DNA from: a virus
Lineage: Duplodnaviria > Heunggongvirae > Uroviricota > Caudoviricetes
Strand: one strand, 5' to 3'
Length of the DNA stretch: 38,067 nt
IMG/VR virus record: IMGVR_UViG_2541047915_000012
How positions within the stretch are numbered: the first letter of the stretch is position 1; the number at the start of each line of letters is the position of its first letter. Made by a program: the position numbers and the translations under genes. Under the pieces are notes generated by a model. The model was given only the letters and a program-made list of their open reading frames with translations, did no database searches and was not told the DNA's origin. Below, piece after piece: positions 1 through 7,104 of this stretch.

Positions 1-97
1 AGTCTTGAGTCTTGAGTCTTGAGTCTTGAGTCTTGAGTCTTGAGTCTTGAGTCTTGAGTCTTGAGTCTTGAGTCTTGAGTCTTGAGTCTTGAGTCTT
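1..97 (-). repeat. Tandem heptanucleotide repeat tract (AAGACTC on the minus/coding strand); 13 full copies plus a partial copy cut by the window edge
   Basis: Plus strand reads GAGTCTT x13 (7-97) with 6 nt of a further unit at 1-6; all copies perfect; lies inside the 5' coding end of the minus-strand ORF starting at 102. Confidence 0.97.
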
Positions 98-102
98 AAC
101 AT
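1..102 (-). CDS. neuO: 5' end of a neuO-like phase-variable O-acetyltransferase gene (partial; continues beyond window start)
   Basis: Minus-strand ATG at 102..100 with AGGA upstream; ATG-TTA followed by the repeats translates to MLRLKTQDSRLKTQDS...; repeat unit and position downstream of an endosialidase-like tailspike match the described neuO locus of K1 prophage CUS-3; gene body not in window. Confidence 0.55.
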   Translation of the reverse strand, partial: MLRLKTQDSRLKTQDSRLKTQDSRLKTQDSRLKT

Positions 103-255
103 ATTAGTATCCTACGTTATTTTACCACTAGTTACTTTTCTTGTCATTAAAAAGCATTTAAATTTTTATATTTAATTTCGTTGACGTCAATGTTTTTTGC
201 CAATGTACTTACTTCTTTATGTGATCAGTTCATATTTTTGACGCCAACGAAACAT

Positions 256-3201
256 TTAGTGCTTCCCTTCTATTAAGTCTAACCTAGCTTTTATTCTTTC
301 TATTTCTCTGCGCTGCCATGCTGCCTCGATATAGAATAAGAGATCAGGTCTGACCCCCCATCTAGATCCTGCTGGCGTTATTTCAACGCGCTCAATGATG
401 TCTTCCATTACCATCACTGGATTATCATCCTCATCAACAATGATGCTCCCGTCATTATCAGTCAGCGGCATTTCCCTTTGGCCAGTAATGACGTCATCAT
501 ATACTGCGGGATAATCGTCATAGCAAAGAAAGGCATAGCGGCATGTTGTGCTTTCTTCTTCCATGAGTCCGTGAGAAATAAGAACATCACGAAGTTGCTG
601 CGCGATTACACCATGATGTATCCTCGCCCCTTCTTCCCCCTTTATAGCGACAGCGTTCAGCCATTTATAAGCGATATACCTGACGTCACCCCAGGCATCC
701 AGCAATGTTTCGTCAGGAGAGACCGGCTCTGTCTTTAATGTTCCGTCACTGGTAACCACAGGATTGGAGCCAAGATAAACTATCGAGAACCTGTTTCCCG
801 GACCACCAAGAGCATTTACATTATCAAGATAAGGTTTAACATCTCCGTTCTCAAAAAGATGTTCGAGTGCGTTATATACCGCGCGACGTGGAGTACTGCT
901 TCTGGAACCATGCAACGTTATCATTGCACCATCTGCTGAAGACGTTGTTTCACCGCCGCTAACGATTAATCTCTGAGCGGTAACATCATCAGACGGTACT
1001 TTCTTCGCAATAATGGCGTAATTACCCTCAAGTTTGACTTCCGCGCGAACTTGTCCTGATGTACCTGCATGGACAGTCAGTGACTGGACGGCAACATCAT
1101 CTGTGAAATCAACGGGTACAGGAACCGTCCTCACGCCTGACGTCGACATAAAAGTAGGAAGCGTTCTGTTAGGAGTGGCTCCGTAGACAAAATCCCTTGA
1201 AACAAATTCTTCCTGTTTAATTTTCACCCTGAAACAATACAAATCAGCCGGGTGACCATCGTGAACATAAGGATATTTTCTGTTGTTATCCCCTATGCTC
1301 CATGGGTTTAGAAAGTCTTCCCCACCGAAAATGTAGTACAGCCAGTTGTCTTTGATACAAACTGAACCAACACCAACCGCAGAGTTAACTATTCCGCCCT
1401 GATAAATCTGATCAGTAACATTAACCCACTCTACATTATCCAGACTCCACTCATTGACGTTAACTCTGGTCATAAATGTTCTTGGATAGTTTCCTGCATA
1501 ACGGTTATCAGGTTCTCCTCCTTCCCACTCACCAAATGCGCGCTCACTGCCAAAAATAATCAGCTCATCGCCAACTTTGGCAAAAGGAAGGTTTGAGTGA
1601 TGAACATTATTTGGGAAGCGAAGAGAATTCCATGATGTACCTAAATCAGAGCTTCTGTGCAATGAACTACCGGGTTGAGTACTTAATGTCCCCCTGGTCG
1701 TCAGATACAGAATGCCATCATAATATTTTACACATGGCTCAGATGCATTCGCCTCATATTCTGCAGGTATGCGTCTGCGAACAAAGCTACCAGGAGAACC
1801 GAAAGCATCAGAGAAATAGAGTATCCCAAGCTCGCGTGGACCAATATCACCATTATGGTAGCCAACAGCAAAACTGTTATCGCTAATCGTCGCAAAACTG
1901 TGAATCTCAGTAACAGGAGTGCTTCCGTCAACAAAAGAAGGAATAGTTCCAAGACTGGTTTTTCTCCATGGTGACGAGTGAAATGATGTACCAAAACTCC
2001 AGTATCTACCCTCGTTATTCTGATCCACATCCTGGGTATTTTGCGTCGTAACTGTAAAAGTATTTTTATCAATAACAGTAGTCACCGTCATATTCCCGGT
2101 AACACCTGTAACACCAGAGTTTGAGAAGTTGACAAAATCACCAGCAAATAATCCGTGATCAGTAATGCGAATATAAGCGACTTGCTGATTTGCTGCTTTC
2201 GTTATACCACCATAAACGCGAAGGCTGCGACTCATTGGGCGATCCCACAACTCTGCAACCTGCAGTTTATTTCCGCTCACGGTCCGCGTCTCAATTACAG
2301 CAAAAAGGCGATTTCTGACAACCCCCATACTCATGCAGTGATAGTTAACTGTGGGATAGTTTTCATGTAAATCTGTAAGCCATTCCGGCGTTGTCCAGGT
2401 CTTCCCGTCATCTCCTGAGCGAACCCATGCAACATGGAGGTTATTTACACCATGGCGGTCTCCAGCCATAAAAGGCGCATAGATGACATTGTCATATACA
2501 AACGTTTTATCCTGCGTCCAGGCGTTGTACCACGGTGTATCTGTAATTTTAAATAACTCTCCCTGGATAAAATCTTCAGAAACATAAAAAAGAGGCTGAC
2601 CCGGTATTCTCTCAAATAAAAAACGAGCATTTTTAAATCGACTGACATCTGGAAGAGTTGATACTTTAAAAGTAAGCCCTCGCCCATCTATCTTTTCACC
2701 ACCTGTTGCAACAGAAAGTAATTCTGATAGAGCTGATGTATCATCATGAACACCATCACCAATAGCCCCCCAACCTCTTACATCATAACTGTCTCTCCAT
2801 CTTGCTATCTGAAGTTTTGGGTATTTATTCGCTCCATCTGGGTCTTCTAATTGCTGCCGTAGTTGATCAGGATCATACTTCAGCACATTCTGGAAATAGA
2901 ACTGCTGTACGCCATACGCATCGTACACAGCCATAGAATGGCCTTGCACAGTTACGAACTTGGCAATCCGTCCGTTATATACAGGGTAACCAGCAGCGTT
3001 AATGATGATTGGTTGCGAAACAGGAACGTGAGAGCCGTCTTCGTTCTCTACATAAACCTGAATCCGGTTTTCAGGATTTACCGGGTCAGTGTCAATTTTA
3101 CCGATATAAATTTTGCCATTGGCTACGGCTTTAAAAGAACGCGCCATAGTGAAGAGTTGCGAAGGCATCGATACAATCACATTGGCTGTAATGTCTGTCA
3201 T
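256..3201 (-). CDS. Tailspike protein, probable endo-N-acetylneuraminidase (endosialidase) with P22-type head-binding N-terminus and C-terminal intramolecular chaperone domain
   Basis: 981-aa ORF, GGAG RBS before ATG at 3201; N-terminal ~110 aa resemble P22 gp9 head-binding domain (MTDITANV...[19 protein letters not shown]...VTVQGHSMA); two sialidase Asp-box motifs SGDDGKTW and SSDLGTSW; C-terminal ~150 aa resemble autocleaving chaperone domains of endosialidases and tail fibres. Confidence 0.75.
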   Translation of the reverse strand: MTDITANVIVSMPSQLFTMARSFKAVANGKIYIGKIDTDPVNPENRIQVYVENEDGSHVPVSQPIIINAAGYPVYNGRIAKFVTVQGHSMAVYDAYGVQQFYFQNVLKYDPDQLRQQLEDPDGANKYPKLQIARWRDSYDVRGWGAIGDGVHDDTSALSELLSVATGGEKIDGRGLTFKVSTLPDVSRFKNARFLFERIPGQPLFYVSEDFIQGELFKITDTPWYNAWTQDKTFVYDNVIYAPFMAGDRHGVNNLHVAWVRSGDDGKTWTTPEWLTDLHENYPTVNYHCMSMGVVRNRLFAVIETRTVSGNKLQVAELWDRPMSRSLRVYGGITKAANQQVAYIRITDHGLFAGDFVNFSNSGVTGVTGNMTVTTVIDKNTFTVTTQNTQDVDQNNEGRYWSFGTSFHSSPWRKTSLGTIPSFVDGSTPVTEIHSFATISDNSFAVGYHNGDIGPRELGILYFSDAFGSPGSFVRRRIPAEYEANASEPCVKYYDGILYLTTRGTLSTQPGSSLHRSSDLGTSWNSLRFPNNVHHSNLPFAKVGDELIIFGSERAFGEWEGGEPDNRYAGNYPRTFMTRVNVNEWSLDNVEWVNVTDQIYQGGIVNSAVGVGSVCIKDNWLYYIFGGEDFLNPWSIGDNNRKYPYVHDGHPADLYCFRVKIKQEEFVSRDFVYGATPNRTLPTFMSTSGVRTVPVPVDFTDDVAVQSLTVHAGTSGQVRAEVKLEGNYAIIAKKVPSDDVTAQRLIVSGGETTSSADGAMITLHGSRSSTPRRAVYNALEHLFENGDVKPYLDNVNALGGPGNRFSIVYLGSNPVVTSDGTLKTEPVSPDETLLDAWGDVRYIAYKWLNAVAIKGEEGARIHHGVIAQQLRDVLISHGLMEEESTTCRYAFLCYDDYPAVYDDVITGQREMPLTDNDGSIIVDEDDNPVMVMEDIIERVEITPAGSRWGVRPDLLFYIEAAWQRREIERIKARLDLIEGKH

Positions 3202-3258
3202 TTAATTTGCTCCAGATGCAAAGAATCGCCGCAGCATGGCCACGGTGAATTTTGGGCA

Positions 3259-3281
3259 TAAAAAAACCCAGCCGAAGCTGG
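3259..3281 (-). terminator. Rho-independent terminator between ant and the tailspike gene
   Basis: Minus strand reads CCCAGC-TTCG-GCTGGG followed by TTTTTTT. Confidence 0.6.
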
Positions 3282-3301
3282 GTCGTTGCGTTGGTTATCT
3301 G

Positions 3302-4204
3302 TCAGTAATTATGTACTGAAGGAGGTAATTCTTTATTCTTAAGTCTCATCCATGCGGAAAGATTCGTTGGTCCGTCTGGCTCATTGATATCAACATCTCG
3401 TGTGTGATTGATTAAAACGTCTCTCGCCATATCGATAATACGGGAGAACTCATAACCGCAGTCATGACATCTGCCGGAATAGTTCGATTGAATTTGTTTT
3501 AGCGCCGGATACAGTTCGCGGAATAATGCCTGTGAGCGGTTGGCATAATCCCATAGCCATACAAGGCTGTTTGCTTCTTTTGCAGAAAGCTCGTTGGTTT
3601 TCTTCTCTTGTTTGCCGATGAACTCACCTTCAAGCACTACCCTGTGGATGTACTCTACTGCTTGTGGTATCTGAGATGCATCAAGCTCTTCAATACTTTC
3701 CACATTGAAACGCTGATGAATCATTGCATAAGCTTCTGGGTACATTAGATGCTTTTTGCTGACTAGCATATTTACAGCATCACGAAGCGGAGTCCTGTCA
3801 TCAACAGATGTTTTCTTCCGTGCATTTGCTGCCTCTCCCTTTGTCCAGTAGTCATGCAGCACAGTAAAGCATTCTTCCTGGTACTGAATCAGTTTATCGC
3901 GGATGTCAGCACGAACTTTCTCAGGGTTGATGCTGAACAGCCATCCATTTAACTTCTTCAAAGGAAGGCAGAGTAGCTTACGAAGCTTACCATCAGCGGC
4001 AACCATGTTCATATGAACACAGTTGAATTTGCTAATCTGCTTCATGAGTTTTGTTTGCTGCGTTGACCAGCTCATTCCGAGGTTTTCAACGATTGGCTTC
4101 ATCGCAACATATGCAACTCCGGCAGCCATGGCGGTGATAATTTGCTGACCGTTGAATGGCACGTAAGAGGTGTTCACTGCTTCTAAAATTGCTATACTAT
4201 TCAT
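3302..4204 (-). CDS. ant: Antirepressor Ant (P22 immI type)
   Basis: 300 aa from ATG at 4204 ([21 protein letters not shown]...) with GGAG RBS; matches recalled P22 Ant length and N-terminus; tool ORF has a GTG-initiated 22-codon upstream extension judged spurious. Confidence 0.75.
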   Translation of the reverse strand: MNSIAILEAVNTSYVPFNGQQIITAMAAGVAYVAMKPIVENLGMSWSTQQTKLMKQISKFNCVHMNMVAADGKLRKLLCLPLKKLNGWLFSINPEKVRADIRDKLIQYQEECFTVLHDYWTKGEAANARKKTSVDDRTPLRDAVNMLVSKKHLMYPEAYAMIHQRFNVESIEELDASQIPQAVEYIHRVVLEGEFIGKQEKKTNELSAKEANSLVWLWDYANRSQALFRELYPALKQIQSNYSGRCHDCGYEFSRIIDMARDVLINHTRDVDINEPDGPTNLSAWMRLKNKELPPSVHNY

Positions 4205-4436
4205 GTTGGTTTTTCTCCACGGATTTACCGACAACCGAAGCCCTGACTGTTCCAGCAGTTGGGGCTTCACTGTTTTGATTTCTTTGCCGCATCAAGCATC
4301 ACTTCTGAAAACGTGCGCTTGCCACTGAATACTCTTTCTCTTCTCAATTTTTCGTTCGTGCCAAATGATTCGCCATGAACAAAATTTGGTCTTAAAATGG
4401 TAATCGCAATCTCTTTGACTACTGCATCCAAGCGAA

Positions 4437-4589
4437 TCACACCGTTACCCCCTCTCTCTTCAGGCTGTCTATCAGGCGCTTGATAACCTCTGAGTTAAAC
4501 GACCTGCACTCTTCCTTTGCCCTGCTACCGATAGCATCCTTTAACGACTGCGGCATCCTTACCAAAATCTTACTTATTTCTTTCTCCAT
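4437..4589 (-). CDS. arc: Arc-like ribbon-helix-helix repressor
   Basis: 50 aa from ATG at 4589 with GGAGGG RBS; ...RSFNSEVIKRLIDSLKREG resembles P22 Arc (...RSVNSEIYQRVMESFKKEG); tool ORF starts at an upstream TTG. Confidence 0.7.
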   Translation of the reverse strand: MEKEISKILVRMPQSLKDAIGSRAKEECRSFNSEVIKRLIDSLKREGVTV

Positions 4590-4703
4590 GTTACCCTCCA
4601 CGCAAACAACTCTTTTCGAATACAAAAGATAGCAAAGTGAGTATATCTAGTCAAAATTTTTTTGCATACACTTTGCTATCAAATTGAATACCAAAGGTGT
4701 TAT
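4590..4703. promoter_or_regulatory. Divergent Pant/Pmnt control region with operator-like inverted repeats
   Basis: Between divergent arc and mnt; minus-strand -35 TTGACT (complement of 4651-4656); perfect 12-bp inverted repeat GATAGCAAAGTG (4628-4639) / CACTTTGCTATC (4669-4680) flanking it. Confidence 0.5.
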
Positions 4704-4952
4704 ATGGCAAAGGGTGTGTCAATTTCTCCAACTACGGTAAGAATCCCTGAATCTTTACGCGAGGCTCTTGCTGTCAGAGCATCAAAAAATGGTCGCTCTG
4801 TTAACTCCGAGATCGTCATGATTTTGCAAGCCGCGATTGATGAAGATAGGTCGCCAAAGTCAGTTGAGTCATTTGCTCAGCAAGAAGCTGATAAATTCAA
4901 AGAGGCGCTACTTGAGACGCTAAAGACCATGTATGCTAAGGATGAAAAATAA
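4704..4952 (+). CDS. mnt: Mnt-like repressor (Arc/MetJ family)
   Basis: 82 aa from ATG at 4704 (AGGTG RBS); ...ASKNGRSVNSEIVMILQAAI... resembles P22 Mnt (...EANGRSMNSELLQIVQDAL). Confidence 0.7.
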   Translation: MAKGVSISPTTVRIPESLREALAVRASKNGRSVNSEIVMILQAAIDEDRSPKSVESFAQQEADKFKEALLETLKTMYAKDEK

Positions 4953-5488
4953 TGCTGCACACAATTCATTTCTTATGCCCTGTTAACACTGCCACTGTTG
5001 GGCAACTTCAGAACCACTGTCTCACCGCATTATCTCAAGGCGCAACTGAATTAAATATCCATATATCAAGTCAGGGAGGGGAAACTGCTGCTGGCTTTAC
5101 TGCGTATAACTTTCTTAAGTCACTCCCTGTTACCGTTAGAACTCACAACATAAGCAATGTTGAATCCATAGCTAATATCGTTTTCCTGGCTGGCTCAGAA
5201 CGTTTCGCAAACCCATTATCAAGATTCCTGTTACATCCTCTATTATGGTGCTTTGCCTCCCCAGCCGCCGACCATGCCAGATTGAGAGAGTACGGGAAAT
5301 GCCTCGATAACGATCTTGATCGCTTCGTTGAGACGTTCAATATCGACATCGGAACCCATATTAGGTGGGCATCCCTGATAGCAGACTCGACCATTTTGGA
5401 TGCTAACAAGGCTCTTGAGCATGGCATAATTAATTCCATAAAAACTGCAAGGCTGGCATCCAATCAGGCAAACTGGTGGGTTGTTTGA
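4952..5488 (+). CDS. ClpP-like serine peptidase (Clp/crotonase fold), function unknown
   Basis: 178 aa; start overlaps mnt stop (TAATG). Alignable by eye to E. coli ClpP: IHISSQGG vs YINSPGG, ...VESIANIVFLAG vs ...AASMGAFLLTAG, SRFLLHP vs SRVMIHQP, ALEHGIINSI vs AVEYGLVDSI; candidate Ser/His/Asp triad present. Confidence 0.55.
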   Translation: MLHTIHFLCPVNTATVGQLQNHCLTALSQGATELNIHISSQGGETAAGFTAYNFLKSLPVTVRTHNISNVESIANIVFLAGSERFANPLSRFLLHPLLWCFASPAADHARLREYGKCLDNDLDRFVETFNIDIGTHIRWASLIADSTILDANKALEHGIINSIKTARLASNQANWWVV

Positions 5489-5510
5489 TGGGTAAATCAT
5501 GATTACTCCT

Positions 5511-5536
5511 TATAAAAAACCCACCTGACGGTGGGT
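5511..5536 (-). terminator. Rho-independent terminator immediately after the YafO-like gene (bidirectional position between convergent genes)
   Basis: Minus strand: TAA-ACCCACC-GTCA-GGTGGGT-TTTTTAT; perfect 7-bp stem, 4-nt loop, T-run. Confidence 0.75.
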
Positions 5537-5986
5537 TTAGTCAAACATAGTGTTTCTAAAGTCTCTCGCATACCCTGCTAACACTCTCATTCTATTATGA
5601 TTGTTAGCAGACATGTGAGCTACAGGATGAAAAAGAGCAATCAATGAATACCTGTTCTCATCAAAAAGATTTTGTGCATAAACGAGAGCGGTATTGGATG
5701 TTTTATGCCACTGCAACTTTTGCGGTGTGCTGATATCTGTGCCATTTTTTATTGGCTCAAATTTATTTTCACCAATTGCTAAATGAAGGTGCATAAGGCC
5801 TGCATCTTCAATATCAGGAGGTCGATGATAAGAGGTGTCTCTGCCAAAATAGCTGGGCAACGTTCCCGTAGACTTGTAGATGATAAAATCATCTACAAGT
5901 GTTTGTTTTAAATCAGGAAACTCAACAAAAACCGGGGAGAAAAAATAGTCAAAACTATCCTGATTATATTCCACGGTTACTTGCAT
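5537..5986 (-). CDS. YafO-family toxin-like protein (putative ribosome-dependent mRNA interferase)
   Basis: 149 aa, ATG at 5986 with GAGGT RBS overlapping upstream stop. Blocks shared with recalled E. coli YafO: DFIIYKSTGTLPSYFGRD vs DFISYKRDGVLPDIFGRD; MHLHLA vs AHIHLA; LIALFHPVAH...NNHNRM vs LIAILKPEPH...DNNQMH; C-terminal DFR vs AFR. Confidence 0.55.
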   Translation of the reverse strand: MQVTVEYNQDSFDYFFSPVFVEFPDLKQTLVDDFIIYKSTGTLPSYFGRDTSYHRPPDIEDAGLMHLHLAIGENKFEPIKNGTDISTPQKLQWHKTSNTALVYAQNLFDENRYSLIALFHPVAHMSANNHNRMRVLAGYARDFRNTMFD

Positions 5987-5994
5987 GTTTTACC

Positions 5995-6561
5995 TCAGTG
6001 GAAGTTACCAGAGTGAAACACACGAGTCCCGTGCTCAGCAAGCGCACGCAAACCAGCCATATCTACGGAACTATCAAAAACAACCGGAACACATGAGCGT
6101 TGTTTAATAAGACTATTCAGGTTGGTTACGGCAGATCTGGCATCAGCAACAACGATATAGATATCTCTTGCGATCTCTTTAAAATCAGCAGAAGCTTCTT
6201 TGAATACCGATTTCATTGCCCCTTCAAGTCCTCTCAATTGATGCTCTATCAATCGAGACTTTTCTGGTTCAATGATAGACAACACATTGTCTACATTCTC
6301 ATCGGTAGCGTTTGCAAGAACACGATAAGCGTATTTCAGCATTCGAGACAATTCTTTAATCGAAGACACCGCCTCATGAAGCTCATCATTAGCCCGTTCA
6401 CTGCTGAATGAGGATTGATGGTAAGCGTGCTGAACGTTATCAGTAACAACCACCTCACAACTGAACGCAGAAGCTTGCTGTAATAGCAAACCTATTGCGA
6501 CTCCAGCTTTGGCAGCGTTCAAGCTAAACATTTCATCAATCCCATTAGTCTCATTGCTCAT
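5995..6561 (-). CDS. Hypothetical protein, upstream operon partner of the YafO-like gene (not recognisably YafN/RelB/Phd-like)
   Basis: 188 aa from ATG at 6561 with perfect AAGGAGG RBS 5 nt upstream; stop is 8 nt before the YafO-like ATG; tool ORF begins at an upstream TTG. Confidence 0.6.
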   Translation of the reverse strand: MSNETNGIDEMFSLNAAKAGVAIGLLLQQASAFSCEVVVTDNVQHAYHQSSFSSERANDELHEAVSSIKELSRMLKYAYRVLANATDENVDNVLSIIEPEKSRLIEHQLRGLEGAMKSVFKEASADFKEIARDIYIVVADARSAVTNLNSLIKQRSCVPVVFDSSVDMAGLRALAEHGTRVFHSGNFH

Positions 6562-6736
6562 ACAAACCTCCTTCTTATCGGAGATTATCAATAGCTATGC
6601 ATCCATTGAATACACGCTATGCGCAATAAGTTTACGTCACGTGATATCATTATGCAACCACCGTTCTATCACCGACTAACTTTACTCCCACTCCTATACA
6701 TCATCTGGTATCCTGCGCAAAACTAAGGAGGTTGGT

Positions 6737-7087
6737 GTGAATGCTCAGTCTGTCATCATGGTTTTCCTTGGGCTGATTGTCGCAAAACTATATCCAGACT
6801 GGTGGAAAGGGGCATTAGCTACTGTCGCCATCTATTTGCTTTTATCCATCGTTAAGCGATCACTCGCTGAGACCGTAAATCAAGCAAAACGTTTCTCATT
6901 TAAGAGTTTAATAAACTATGTTACTGGGCTTATTTTTTGCCTTTCAATTCTGATCGCTTCGGCTTTTTTGCCCGTATCAATAGCTAATTTTTTTGGCGCA
7001 CCATATGAGGTAGGTTATCTATTCTCTGTTTCCTGTCTTGCCATTGCTCTTCTTTACCTGTGGACGAGATCAAAGAATAAAAATTAG
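6737..7087 (+). CDS. Small integral membrane protein (about 4 predicted TM helices), candidate superinfection-exclusion-type protein
   Basis: 116 aa, GTG start preceded by AAGGAGG; hydrophobic stretches VIMVFLGLIVAKLY, ALATVAIYLLLSIV, LIFCLSILIASAFLPVSIANFF, VGYLFSVSCLAIALLYLW; divergent from the 5995-6561 operon. Confidence 0.55.
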   Translation: MNAQSVIMVFLGLIVAKLYPDWWKGALATVAIYLLLSIVKRSLAETVNQAKRFSFKSLINYVTGLIFCLSILIASAFLPVSIANFFGAPYEVGYLFSVSCLAIALLYLWTRSKNKN

Positions 7088-7104
7088 CCATCCGTGGCTG
7101 CCAG

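Noticed and set aside
1-97. Repeat tract as a possible CRISPR array
   Set aside because: Unit is 7 bp with no spacers; it is a simple tandem repeat inside a coding 5' end.
478-2687. Plus- and minus-strand ORFs inside the tailspike gene (478..738, 1593..1886, 1728..2072, 2155..2370, 2445..2687)
   Set aside because: Fully nested in or antisense to a long gene with clear homology; no RBS or independent support.
4952-5488. ClpP-like gene as a prohead maturation protease
   Set aside because: It is on the opposite strand outside the morphogenesis operon, coupled to mnt, and P22-type assembly uses a scaffold without a prohead protease.
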